Below, one piece after another: positions 11,783 through 21,347 of a DNA stretch of 54,394 bases. How positions within the stretch are numbered: the first letter of the stretch is position 1; every line of letters starts with the position of its first letter. The translations under genes and the position numbers were made by a program. Source of the stretch: a virus (lineage: Duplodnaviria; Heunggongvirae; Uroviricota; Caudoviricetes); IMG/VR virus record IMGVR_UViG_2541047753_000004. One strand, written 5' to 3'. The notes beneath the pieces were generated by a model. The model had not been told where the DNA came from and did not search any database. It was given only the letters and a program-made list of their open reading frames with translations.

Positions 11783-13618
11783 TTACCTGCCAAAGCGCGT
11801 ATAGCCAACATCATGGCTGACATCAAAACCGCTGGATCGCGTTTCCATAACCCGCATACCCGGAGGCGAATTCACAAAAGAGACCTTGATCTCACCATCA
11901 ACTTTTGGCGCAGTAGCTTTATTAATCATGAAGGGATTCGGGCCTGTGGCATCGGAGGCGTTGTTTGACTGAGCCAGATCTACCGCCGGATAAGGTGTGT
12001 ATCCCCGTGCCGGTATTCCCGTCCCATAAGCATCATAAGCACCCGCGCCCCACTGCGCAGAGTTAATGGCATCGACCGTGTCTCCGGAACTGTCGGTAAA
12101 CCACTCAATAATTGGCTTCAGCTTGTCCCACATATCCTGAAACCACTTAACAACCGGCCCCCAGTTATTGATCACCATCCCCAGCGGCGACCAGGCAAAA
12201 ACTTTCTTAAGGAGTTCCCAGCCAGCCTCAAAATAAGGACCAATGGTTTCCCAGAGTTTCTTAAAATAAGGTCCGACAACATCCCAGTTAGTGATAATTA
12301 ATCCCGCAGCCAGGGCTATCGCCGTCGCAATCATGCCAATCGGCGTCATCGACATGATCCTGCTGACAATACTGATGGCACCGCCAACTCCCATCAATCC
12401 CAGTTTCAGAATCGCAAGACCGGCAGCAAGCCCGACGACGCCGCGAATAACCCGGGGATTTTCATCCGCAAACTTCGTGAATTTTTCCCCCAACTCCCCC
12501 AGCCATTGCGTGATATTTTTAGCGTCACCAGAAAATGCGCCGCCAATAGCTGCAAGACCGTTAGTTGCGGTCCCCGTCATTGCCTCCCACAGGTTGGACA
12601 GCGTACCAAGCTGTGCCTGAACACGTTTATTCAGGCTGGCCTGTTTATTCATCTTCTGCTGGATCTGATCGTAACCATCCTTTCCTTTATCGATCAGAGC
12701 ATTGACCACCTGAAGGGTTTCGGCATCATCACCAAATATTGCCTTAAGTACACCTGTTCGCTTAACGTCGGTCAGTTTTCGCAGCTTTGCCAGTTGCTTA
12801 AACATGTTATCAAGACCGCCAAAACTCCCTTTGCCGTCAGTAAAATCGAGCTGCACTCCGAGTTTCTGGCGGGCCATGACTTTATTGACGTCCCTGATTT
12901 TCTTAACGCTTAATCCGGACTGGATAACTTTTCGCAGGGCATTACCTGCCGACTCCCCGTTCATCCCCATCTGATCCATCATGACGCTGATAGGGGCAAG
13001 GCTCTGTGCAGCCTGAAGACCGTCCTTATTCACCATCTTCAGAACAGAACTGGTTTTAGTGAAGAAGGACAACATGTTGGTATCGTCAACGCCCAGATAA
13101 AACGCTTTCTGGATAGTGTCGAACAGCCCCATCATGTCTTCTGACGCCGTTCCGGTAGCATCCTGCATCTTTGCAGCAAACTCGGCAGCCGCTTCCGGTG
13201 TTTTTTTCAGTTGTACCGCAAGATAAGCTGTCGCTTTACCCACACCACCCAGAATGTTTTCTGCCGGGATCCCCTGACGCACCAGCATCTGCATCATGTT
13301 CTGGAAATCAGCCGTTGTACCGGGTAGCTGGTTACCCAGGCCAATAGCCAGTTTATTGATGTCCTGAAAGCTCTTTCCAACCTCGCCGTTCGCATCCATC
13401 ATGGCGACTTTCAGCCCGGTGGCGGCGTTTTCCTGATCGGCATAAGATTTCAGGGAAAGCGTCAGACCCGCTGCCAGTCCGCCACCAAGCGGCAGCCCAC
13501 CCTGTGACGCTTCTTCCGCCTGGCGTTTAAATCCCCGGATTTTCTTTTGCATTTTCGACAGCGCCGGAGAAAGCCTGTCGACACCGGTGATCAACGCCTT
13601 AAGCTCAAATTCAGCCAT
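11783..13618 (-). CDS. Tail tape measure protein
   Basis: 611 aa, Ala/Gly-rich helical segments, hydrophobic region near C-terminal third, position after chaperone genes. Confidence 0.85.
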   Translation of the reverse strand: MAEFELKALITGVDRLSPALSKMQKKIRGFKRQAEEASQGGLPLGGGLAAGLTLSLKSYADQENAATGLKVAMMDANGEVGKSFQDINKLAIGLGNQLPGTTADFQNMMQMLVRQGIPAENILGGVGKATAYLAVQLKKTPEAAAEFAAKMQDATGTASEDMMGLFDTIQKAFYLGVDDTNMLSFFTKTSSVLKMVNKDGLQAAQSLAPISVMMDQMGMNGESAGNALRKVIQSGLSVKKIRDVNKVMARQKLGVQLDFTDGKGSFGGLDNMFKQLAKLRKLTDVKRTGVLKAIFGDDAETLQVVNALIDKGKDGYDQIQQKMNKQASLNKRVQAQLGTLSNLWEAMTGTATNGLAAIGGAFSGDAKNITQWLGELGEKFTKFADENPRVIRGVVGLAAGLAILKLGLMGVGGAISIVSRIMSMTPIGMIATAIALAAGLIITNWDVVGPYFKKLWETIGPYFEAGWELLKKVFAWSPLGMVINNWGPVVKWFQDMWDKLKPIIEWFTDSSGDTVDAINSAQWGAGAYDAYGTGIPARGYTPYPAVDLAQSNNASDATGPNPFMINKATAPKVDGEIKVSFVNSPPGMRVMETRSSGFDVSHDVGYTRFGR

Positions 13619-13793
13619 GTGTGCGTTTCTCCTGCTCTATCCTGTTTGCCTGACTGACCAGTAAGGGAATTTCACTGATCGGCATATTCAGCAATTCGAA
13701 AGGATTAATGCGCCAGTAACTGGCGCAGTCAAAGAAGCGATCAGTGAGGTATTCAGCCGTCAGGCCTGGAGGAAAAAACCGGCCACAAGCCAC
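13611..13793 (-). CDS. Tail assembly chaperone -1 frameshift extension (GT-like)
   Basis: Overlaps the 3' end of the chaperone ORF in the -1 frame; slippery heptamer T_TTT_TTC at 13772-13778 (minus strand). Confidence 0.45.
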   Translation of the reverse strand: MACGRFFPPGLTAEYLTDRFFDCASYWRINPFELLNMPISEIPLLVSQANRIEQEKRTHG

Positions 13794-14029
13794 GCCGCTG
13801 CATTCAGGTCTGCCGGAGACATCTGGTCGACAGAGCTTTGCGGCACTTTCGCCAGCCGCACGATGTATTTCGATACCACATGCGCCAGAAGTCTGACGGA
13901 CTCATCCTGATTCATCTGGTAGGGATATCCCAGCTCGCGGACATCTTTCCCGGTGGGCTCATCAAACTCCAGTACGGAGAGTGTCTCGCCATGAGCGGTA
14001 ATCGGTTTCTTTAACTCAAGCTCTTTCAT
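13760..14029 (-). CDS. Tail assembly chaperone (G-like, frame 0)
   Basis: 89 aa between tail tube and tape measure genes; ends in a slippery site. Confidence 0.55.
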   Translation of the reverse strand: MKELELKKPITAHGETLSVLEFDEPTGKDVRELGYPYQMNQDESVRLLAHVVSKYIVRLAKVPQSSVDQMSPADLNAAAWLVAGFFLQA

Positions 14030-14385
14030 TACTGGTAATCCCCTTCTTCACCGTGGAACTCAAGATCAACCGTGCCTTCTTCGGCATTATGGTTCGCTTC
14101 GCCGTGCAGCCAGGCAGACGACAGTACATAGACCTGACCGTTCGCCAGCTCGGCAGTGATTGTCATCTCATCAGACGAGGTGATTTTGTTCACCGGAAAA
14201 TTCTTCGGCACCTTGAAGGTCCCTTTGACATAAGGCGCACGGTGAGTTTCCTTGCGGTCCACTGAGCCGTCCAGGCCGATGATGTCATCATTGACCGTCC
14301 TGTTCATGGGCACCTCAATGCCGCCGGTCAGCGATAGCTGCTGACCGTCAATTTTGAAATAACAGGTTCCCCCGATACGGGCCAT
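14029..14385 (-). CDS. Tail tube protein (contractile tail)
   Basis: 118 aa directly downstream of sheath gene. Confidence 0.7.
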   Translation of the reverse strand: MARIGGTCYFKIDGQQLSLTGGIEVPMNRTVNDDIIGLDGSVDRKETHRAPYVKGTFKVPKNFPVNKITSSDEMTITAELANGQVYVLSSAWLHGEANHNAEEGTVDLEFHGEEGDYQ

Positions 14386-15881
14386 TATGCAGACTCCTCT
14401 GAATACTGAAGACGGAACTGGTTAACCACGGCAAAGACACGCAACTGGTTAACATAGTCAGGCGGGAACAGCGTGTTCAGGCGGTTCGGATCGCTGGCAT
14501 CACGCTCCACAACCAGGTACTGCTTAAACAGTTCGTAGTTTTCCACGATCCCCGCACGCTCGAGCTGACGGTAGGTTGCCAGCAGTTCCCCTTTGATCAC
14601 CGCCGGGGTGACAATCGCCTGACCGGGACCAAAGCGGGTACCGTCACTGGCAAGCTTGTGACGCCCGTACTTACTGGTAATGACGGATTTCAGTTTGCGC
14701 AGTACATACGCACTGGTATGCAGCGTCTCGCTGTCGAGGTAGCTGTTATCCGCAACCCCGTAAGCATTTTTCCTGTACGTGGTGACATCACGCTGAATGC
14801 GCAGCACCCCGCTTTCGACATACGCCGTTGCCACGCCATGAGACAGCAGGGTCTGTTGTTCGGTCATCGTGAACCGTTTCCCCTTCGGCGCAGGCAGCAT
14901 ACCCACCAGCTCACCGGTCTGCGTGGGACGTGCCGGATCGTTGCGAATAAACACCGCTGCGCGGGCGGCACGGCTTGCCGCCAGCTCGTCGGCAGGCGTC
15001 TGGGTCTCTTTTTCGTACCCCGCCAGGGTAATGTGCTGCTGGTTAAACTGGTCACCTGCGGTCACCAGTTCTGACAGCGTGCCGATCTTTGCCGTATACA
15101 CATGACCATACAGCTGACGCGCATAGCTCCAGCGACCGCTGGTATCGTTCATCTCGGTCACCAGCGTGTTAACGGAGGCCGTGTCGTTGAACGGAAGACC
15201 GATATAATCAAACGGCTCATCCGCCATTGCAGCCACCGCGCCGGTGAGAACAGGAGCCCCCGTTCCGGCGGTCCCCGCCGCCACGGCAATCTGTACGCCC
15301 GCAGGCAGCACTTCTCCCCCACCGAAGCCGTAGTAATTGAGGCTGACTGGAATTTCATTCCCGCAAAGCCCCTTATGACGCGCGGTCAGTGTGACCACGC
15401 CAGCCGAAGATGAGGCCGTAAACGGCAGGGCCGGAACGGCATTGATGGCATCCTGGATACTGCCGGCAATCGTCGCGACGTTATCGCCATTGGTCACCGG
15501 TGCCTGCACGCGGGTACGTCCCACATAAACATTCACCGTGCCGGTTTCGGTTGCCGCCCCGGTCACCGTCAGCGTAACCGTTGCCGCCGCGCCTGTGGCT
15601 TCCGGAACGGCAATCACATACAGCTCGCCAAACGGGTCAGTCTGGCGATAAGCCTCGACCATACGCGCCAGCTGACTTCCCGCACCACAAATCTGGCGTG
15701 CATAGTCTGCCGACGGCATCAGTACCAGACTGTTGGCAACAATCTCTGCACCGTTATTGGCATGACCAATCAGCAGCGATGCTCCGCTGTCCTGTGCAGT
15801 ATTCGCCGCCTGGTTATCCATTTCCGCATAAAACAACGGAACCAGCGTATTCGACGGAATGGTGTTAAAGCTTATCGTCAT
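14385..15881 (-). CDS. Tail sheath protein
   Basis: 498 aa; size and position, sheath-tube-chaperone-TMP order. Confidence 0.85.
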   Translation of the reverse strand: MTISFNTIPSNTLVPLFYAEMDNQAANTAQDSGASLLIGHANNGAEIVANSLVLMPSADYARQICGAGSQLARMVEAYRQTDPFGELYVIAVPEATGAAATVTLTVTGAATETGTVNVYVGRTRVQAPVTNGDNVATIAGSIQDAINAVPALPFTASSSAGVVTLTARHKGLCGNEIPVSLNYYGFGGGEVLPAGVQIAVAAGTAGTGAPVLTGAVAAMADEPFDYIGLPFNDTASVNTLVTEMNDTSGRWSYARQLYGHVYTAKIGTLSELVTAGDQFNQQHITLAGYEKETQTPADELAASRAARAAVFIRNDPARPTQTGELVGMLPAPKGKRFTMTEQQTLLSHGVATAYVESGVLRIQRDVTTYRKNAYGVADNSYLDSETLHTSAYVLRKLKSVITSKYGRHKLASDGTRFGPGQAIVTPAVIKGELLATYRQLERAGIVENYELFKQYLVVERDASDPNRLNTLFPPDYVNQLRVFAVVNQFRLQYSEESA

Positions 15882-16035
15882 CGGTATTCACCTTTTTATT
15901 CACGCGCCGGATATCACCCGCTGCTTCACGGCGCAGCCAGTAGTTGTTCTCGTCAACATTTCGCCCTTCGGCGGGCAAAAGGTCGCCGCGGGCAGGATCA
16001 GGAACTGACCGCCCTTTAACAGGTTTGACAAACAT
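15865..16035 (-). CDS. Small hypothetical protein (56 aa) upstream of sheath gene
   Basis: Hand-translated ATG ORF MFVKPVKGRS...; below the ORF-track length cut-off; overlaps sheath start. Confidence 0.25.
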   Translation of the reverse strand: MFVKPVKGRSVPDPARGDLLPAEGRNVDENNYWLRREAAGDIRRVNKKVNTDDDKL

Positions 16036-16043
16036 GAGGATCC

Positions 16044-16604
16044 TCAGGAAGGAAGGGTTATTTCGGTGTGATGTTCGATATCGCCGTCAGGCCCGTTACC
16101 GGGCTCGAGATAATCAACATCAATCGCCAGCGTTTGCAGTTCATCCAGACTGTTCAGATCATCCTGCTGGCGGGTATCGTCTTCAGTCAGCTCGCTGATG
16201 ACCGAAAAATCGAACTGATAAATCAGCTCATGACGATTCAGATCCAGCAGCGTGCCGCCGTCATAGGTAATCGGGTTACCGCACGCCTCCGGGTTCCAGC
16301 CCAGCAGAGCCTTAAAGAGCATCTGCCGGACATCGTCCACCACATCATACGAGGCAAACTGACCGCGCTCATCACGCCCGTTACTCAGTATGACAACCAC
16401 GGAGAAACCCTCTTTCAGCTCCTGCCAGTAGTCGGTCTGGCTTTTGTTTTCTCCCGGAGAATCATCACCCGGTACAACATATGCCGCCGGGAGTTTCAGC
16501 TTTCCGACCTCCGGCAGATTTTTGAACTGGGCCGCGCCTGCAACCCGGTTTTCAAAATACGGACAGCGGGCACGCAGTGCAGCAATAACAGGCGTCAGTT
16601 TCAT
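16044..16604 (-). CDS. Tail/neck protein (Mu gp38-like, putative)
   Basis: 186 aa, position between head-completion genes and sheath. Confidence 0.45.
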   Translation of the reverse strand: MKLTPVIAALRARCPYFENRVAGAAQFKNLPEVGKLKLPAAYVVPGDDSPGENKSQTDYWQELKEGFSVVVILSNGRDERGQFASYDVVDDVRQMLFKALLGWNPEACGNPITYDGGTLLDLNRHELIYQFDFSVISELTEDDTRQQDDLNSLDELQTLAIDVDYLEPGNGPDGDIEHHTEITLPS

Positions 16605-17107
16605 CTGTGTCGTCGCTCCGGCTTCAGTGATTTACGCAATTCCCGCGCCAGAAAATAGCGTGTCCAGCTGCGGTTCTTTTCAAGCGTTTCCACCATGAAG
16701 TTATTACGTGGAGCCAGTCGCCAGCCGCTGCCACCGGATGCGCCACGATGATGGCTGCGACGACGCTTTGCCCCTCGCCTCACGCCATAGAACAAAAAAG
16801 CCGGATAAAAATCACCGGTGATACGGCGGTTTCCCTCTCCATTACGCTGGTTAGGGGCTATACGTGCCATAAAACCAGGGCGATGTTTACTGGCTCTGGG
16901 TACCATGTAACCAATCGAACGAGCCAGGCGTCCGGTCTGATAACCGGGGTTTTCACCCGGTGCCGACCGCGCACGGCGCATCACCAGCCGACGGGCATCA
17001 CGCATATGACGCTGACCAATCGTGACAAACGCCCGCCGGACACGGGCGCGGTTAAAGCGCATCTCCGCGGGCTGCTGAAAATCAACGTGCAAAAAGGAAG
17101 TCGTCAT
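16601..17107 (-). CDS. Virion morphogenesis / tail completion protein (putative)
   Basis: 168 aa, basic, position. Confidence 0.45.
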   Translation of the reverse strand: MTTSFLHVDFQQPAEMRFNRARVRRAFVTIGQRHMRDARRLVMRRARSAPGENPGYQTGRLARSIGYMVPRASKHRPGFMARIAPNQRNGEGNRRITGDFYPAFLFYGVRRGAKRRRSHHRGASGGSGWRLAPRNNFMVETLEKNRSWTRYFLARELRKSLKPERRHR

Positions 17108-17492
17108 TGTTGCCTCCGTGACTCTGCCTACATTCGCCCAGCTCCGTACACTCCAGCAGCAGAAAGCGCCGCGCCCCGTTCAGATCGCGCTGACGTTTCA
17201 CCCGGTACACACTGTCACCGCAGACCACCTCATAATCAGCGGTGATCCCCCGGCGGTAACGAATGGTGATGTAATGGGTGATGGCGTCCCCGGTCTGCGC
17301 GGTTTCCTGCCAGGTGGTGGCACTGGTCTGGATAACCTTCGCCCATGTCCGGAACGTAACCGGGTATTGAGGCTCCACGCCAAAGTTATCCGCGGGCATA
17401 TCCACCCGCAGGCGGATCAGGACGCATTTATTCAGTTCACCGGGGTCCGGCAGAATGTAAGTTGCGCTGGTCTGCGCCTGACGAATTTTCAT
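17082..17492 (-). CDS. Head-tail joining / head closure protein (putative)
   Basis: 136 aa, position after connector gene. Confidence 0.45.
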   Translation of the reverse strand: MKIRQAQTSATYILPDPGELNKCVLIRLRVDMPADNFGVEPQYPVTFRTWAKVIQTSATTWQETAQTGDAITHYITIRYRRGITADYEVVCGDSVYRVKRQRDLNGARRFLLLECTELGECRQSHGGNNDDFLFAR

Positions 17493-17812
17493 TGCGGAAA
17501 GTACCTGTACGGGCCGACAAGCCAGCCAAAACTCTGCGGCATGTCGAGTTTCTCCACTTCCGTAACCGACGAGCGGTTTTCGTAAAAATGGCTGATAAGC
17601 ATCAGCATCCCCAGACGAATATCATCCGGCAGGTGCAGCCCGTCCGGATCGCTGTCCGGAATGGATTCATCCGGTGCATAGAGCTTCCGGTTCAGATACG
17701 TTTCCGTCCGCTTTTGCGCCGCACAGGCCAGCAGTTGCAGATGGCGGTCATCAGCATCGAAATCCTCATCCAGCCGGAGTTGGGCTTTAATCTCTTCCAT
17801 TGTCAGAAGCAT
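17489..17812 (-). CDS. Head-tail connector protein (gp6-like)
   Basis: 107 aa directly downstream of capsid gene region. Confidence 0.55.
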   Translation of the reverse strand: MLLTMEEIKAQLRLDEDFDADDRHLQLLACAAQKRTETYLNRKLYAPDESIPDSDPDGLHLPDDIRLGMLMLISHFYENRSSVTEVEKLDMPQSFGWLVGPYRYFPQ

Positions 17813-17814
17813 AC

Positions 17815-18015
17815 TCAGCTCTCTTTACTGGTCGTGGCTTTTTTCTCTTTTGCCGCTTTACTGCTTTTTGCACTGGTTCCGCGCTCAGCTAACCCGGCCT
17901 GAAGTGCAATCTCCTGCACCCGGGCAGGAAGCGCCCCGTCGTCATACTCACCGGCCCGAATGACCTCAACACGCATACCGTCCGGTGACCATTTCAGATC
18001 TTGTTTCAGGATCAT
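17815..18015 (-). CDS. Small hypothetical protein (possible head decoration/scaffold accessory)
   Basis: 66 aa, Lys/Ala-rich C-terminus, located after major capsid gene. Confidence 0.3.
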   Translation of the reverse strand: MILKQDLKWSPDGMRVEVIRAGEYDDGALPARVQEIALQAGLAERGTSAKSSKAAKEKKATTSKES

Positions 18016-18064
18016 GATTCTTCACCCGTCAGAACAGGGGGCGCGGTTCCGCGCCCCTGAATGA

Positions 18065-19270
18065 TTACGCCGCTGCAATCTTCAGCAGTTTGATGGCCTG
18101 CGAATCGACCAGCATCCCGCCGGTGCGCTTGGTGGTATAAAAACCGACAAACGGTTTATTGGTGTACGGATCACGCAGAATGCGGGTGCCGATACGGTCA
18201 ACGATGGTGTAACCCCGTTTGAAGTTACCAAATGCAATGGCTTTCGCATCAGCGGCGATATCCGGCATCTGTTCGTTTTCAGCGATACCGTAACCCGCCA
18301 GAGAGGACGGCTGCCCCAGTTCCAGCCCCGGACGCCACAGATAGTTACCCTCGGTGTCTTTCAGCAGACGGATGGCAAACAGGCTGTTGTTGTTCATCAT
18401 GAACTTCGCGCCAGTGCGGTGTGCCTTTCGCAGCGTGTAAATCAGTTTGATAATGGCGTCTGCGGTCACCGCGGTCGCTTCGCCGGATACAATATGCTGA
18501 AGTTTGCCGAACGCCCGGACCTTATCGGTTTCATCAGTGGATTCATACGCCAGGAACCCTTTCGGCTTCTTGGTACCATCGCCGGTGGTAAAGGCAATTT
18601 CTTCCTGTTCGGCAAATTCGGTTGCCAGCTCGCTGTTGATCCAGGCCTCCACGTTGAAGAAGGCATCATCCAGCATTTTCTGGGTGGCCTGCGGGTTGCC
18701 GTAGATTTCCCCCATGAGAGGTTCAATCAGCTCCAGTCTGGAGGTGGCAGTCTGGGATCGCGTATCCGTTTCCCCCACCCATCCGGAAGCCGTGCCGCCC
18801 AGATTCACCAGTTTTTTGTAGTCGGAACCGCCAACGGTGATCACCGTGGCTTCCTGGCGCATCACCACTTCATCTTTCAGCAGGGTGAGAATGTTGCGAT
18901 CCAGCGCTTCCGGCACGGCATAGCCACCGTCTTCATCGGTGCCCACCTGCAATGCCTTACGCTCCAGATCGCGCAGACCATCTTCACGGCCTTTACGCAA
19001 AAAGCCCACAAACGCTTCTTTATGCTCGGTGGCCAGTTTATTTTGCGCGCCACCTGCCGGACGTTTCAGCTCAAGCAGCTCTTTTTCAAGATCGCTTTTG
19101 AGATTTTCCAGCTCGCTGAGTTTCCCGTTCAGGGTTTCCACCTGCCCGGCAAGCTTGCCTTTTTCCTGCTCAATCGCATCCACGCGCTTGTCGTTCTTTG
19201 CTTTGAAGTCGTCAAACTTCTGCTGCAGCTCCTGCGCGACCTGTTCGACATCTTTAATATCTACCGCCAT
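18065..19270 (-). CDS. Major capsid protein, HK97 family
   Basis: 401 aa with N-terminal coiled-coil delta-like domain followed by capsid fold region; downstream of prohead protease. Confidence 0.9.
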   Translation of the reverse strand: MAVDIKDVEQVAQELQQKFDDFKAKNDKRVDAIEQEKGKLAGQVETLNGKLSELENLKSDLEKELLELKRPAGGAQNKLATEHKEAFVGFLRKGREDGLRDLERKALQVGTDEDGGYAVPEALDRNILTLLKDEVVMRQEATVITVGGSDYKKLVNLGGTASGWVGETDTRSQTATSRLELIEPLMGEIYGNPQATQKMLDDAFFNVEAWINSELATEFAEQEEIAFTTGDGTKKPKGFLAYESTDETDKVRAFGKLQHIVSGEATAVTADAIIKLIYTLRKAHRTGAKFMMNNNSLFAIRLLKDTEGNYLWRPGLELGQPSSLAGYGIAENEQMPDIAADAKAIAFGNFKRGYTIVDRIGTRILRDPYTNKPFVGFYTTKRTGGMLVDSQAIKLLKIAAA

Positions 19271-19284
19271 CGTATTTCTCCTGA

Positions 19285-19935
19285 TTAGAAGTTCAGATTT
19301 TTCAGTGCATTCAGTGCAGAGCCCACATCCTCAGCGTCGCGCAGGGACAGTGCGCCATAGCCCCCGGCCATGAATGCTTTGGCCTGGGTACGGGAGAGTC
19401 CGACATCACGCAGGACTCTTTCGATTTTTTTCTGTTCGGGGATTTCCCCGCGGGCCAGCGCGTTCTTGACGTCGCTGATCCGCGCCTCGTCGTTAGACGG
19501 AAACGTCACCAGACTGACTTCCCAGAGGTCGATTTCTTTCAGCAGAAAGGCTTCTTTCGTCCGGTCGTATTCCCAGTCCTTCAGGACGTACCCAATAGAA
19601 AGGCCGGTTAACGAACCGGCCTTCATGTGTGCATGTGCGCGTTTTGCCAGGGGATCATCATCAATGAGCAACCGCCCCCTGACGTAAAGCCCGACATCGT
19701 CTTCCTTCATTTCGGTGTAAACACCGATGGGTTCATCCATGCGGTGCTGCCAGAGCAGCGCAGGTAACGCTTTTCTGTCACTCCACGCCCGCAGGGAAGC
19801 AGCAAATGCCCCGGACATCACCACATCATCGTGGCTGTCCTTTACACCAAAGACGGAGCCATACCCTTCAAACTCACCGGAGTCACTGACAGATTTCAGA
19901 CTCAGCGGTACATCAAGACGTTGTTTCGTCTGCAT
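19285..19935 (-). CDS. Prohead protease, HK97 family
   Basis: Between portal and capsid; start probably MQTKQRLDV; ORF track extends 12 codons upstream. Confidence 0.8.
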   Translation of the reverse strand: MQTKQRLDVPLSLKSVSDSGEFEGYGSVFGVKDSHDDVVMSGAFAASLRAWSDRKALPALLWQHRMDEPIGVYTEMKEDDVGLYVRGRLLIDDDPLAKRAHAHMKAGSLTGLSIGYVLKDWEYDRTKEAFLLKEIDLWEVSLVTFPSNDEARISDVKNALARGEIPEQKKIERVLRDVGLSRTQAKAFMAGGYGALSLRDAEDVGSALNALKNLNF

Positions 19936-21154
19936 TGGCGTTATCCTTCTGCTTACCGGCTTTACTGCCATCGGAGGGTTTCGTGGTCATGTTCATCGGT
20001 GTGAGATAGACATCACCACCGGGACGCGGATTCATATCTTCCAGGTCGCGGCAGTCATTGGGAGAGTAAATTCCCCAGTTGATCCCGGTGGCGTAGGCTT
20101 CAAAACGGGACTTCATATCCCCGCGCAGTAACGCCCCGGCGTTAAATTTGGCGTAATAAACGCCCTGCTTACTTTTTCGTACCAGTCCGGTGTTGATCCG
20201 CTGTTCGATGCGGGTCAGATACGGCACCAGTGAATAGTTGATAAATCCCAGCCCCAGCTCTTCGATATTGTTGAAGGTGGCGCGATCGGTGTTCTGCACC
20301 ATGTGCAACGGCACCCGGAACAGACGACAGATTTCTTCAAGCTGAAACTTGCGGGTTTCCAGGAACTGGCTGTCCTCGGCGTTCAGCGCCATCGACTTCC
20401 AGTCCAGCCCCATCTCAAGGATCATCGGGCGGTGAGCATTGCCAAGCCCGGTGTGACGCTCCTCAAAATCTTTCTTCAGGCGCTCATAAGCCTGATCTGA
20501 CAGCGTCTGCTCTGTACGCAACACACCCGACGTCACCGCGCCATTGCTGAACAGTCTGGCCCCGTGCTCTTCGGTCGCTGCCGCCAGCGATATTGCCTCG
20601 CGGGCATAGGCGATGGGATTCAGCCCCACCAGTCCGTCCAGCGTCAGCGTGCGCACATGCCAGATATCCTCCTGGCTCAGTACATCCGTGGAGCCATCCG
20701 GGAATGTGACCTGATAGACCGGCTCCCAGCTACTGTTAAGCTTCGGTACCACACAGCCGGGATCGACGGGCAGCAGTTCAGCCACTTCGCCAAATGCTTT
20801 CACTTTGTAGGCGTAAAAGTTTCCCCGCAGGCACAGACAGGTGACCACCAGCTCCCAGAACTCCTGCGGCGTCATATAGCCATTGGGATGCGTGGAGATC
20901 AGCTTATGCAGACGTTCGCCAGTGGCTCTCTGCTTCAGGCTGCCGTTCAGGTGATACAGGTTGCAGGGCAACATCCCGACCGACTCCGCCAGCACCCTGA
21001 CACAGGAAAAAACCGCCGTCAGTCGCATGGCCCGCTGGCTGCTGATCTGCTTTCCGGTATAGGTGTCGTAGGACAACCCGATAGCATCCGCCAGCTCTGC
21101 TGGCGTGGTCACCGGTGCGTCACTTTTTCGTTGAAATAATCCCGAAAAGAACAC
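19913..21154 (-). CDS. Portal protein
   Basis: 413 aa, between terminase large subunit and protease. Confidence 0.85.
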   Translation of the reverse strand: MFFSGLFQRKSDAPVTTPAELADAIGLSYDTYTGKQISSQRAMRLTAVFSCVRVLAESVGMLPCNLYHLNGSLKQRATGERLHKLISTHPNGYMTPQEFWELVVTCLCLRGNFYAYKVKAFGEVAELLPVDPGCVVPKLNSSWEPVYQVTFPDGSTDVLSQEDIWHVRTLTLDGLVGLNPIAYAREAISLAAATEEHGARLFSNGAVTSGVLRTEQTLSDQAYERLKKDFEERHTGLGNAHRPMILEMGLDWKSMALNAEDSQFLETRKFQLEEICRLFRVPLHMVQNTDRATFNNIEELGLGFINYSLVPYLTRIEQRINTGLVRKSKQGVYYAKFNAGALLRGDMKSRFEAYATGINWGIYSPNDCRDLEDMNPRPGGDVYLTPMNMTTKPSDGSKAGKQKDNANADETTS

Positions 21155-21336
21155 TATTTACCTCCGCCGACAGACGACTGTGTACGGTCGAGATATCGCG
21201 CCACCAGCCACGACCAGAACAGACACAACGCCCCGGCAACAACAAACCCCGCCGGGGGATAAATCAGCCAGGCACCATACGCCAGCAAAAGCGCCCCCAG
21301 CACGCCCACCAGAGGCGCGAGAATCAGCATGATCAT
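21154..21336 (-). CDS. Small hydrophobic protein (hypothetical)
   Basis: 60 aa with two predicted TM stretches, between terminase and portal. Confidence 0.3.
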
Positions 21337-21347
21337 AATTACCTCAG

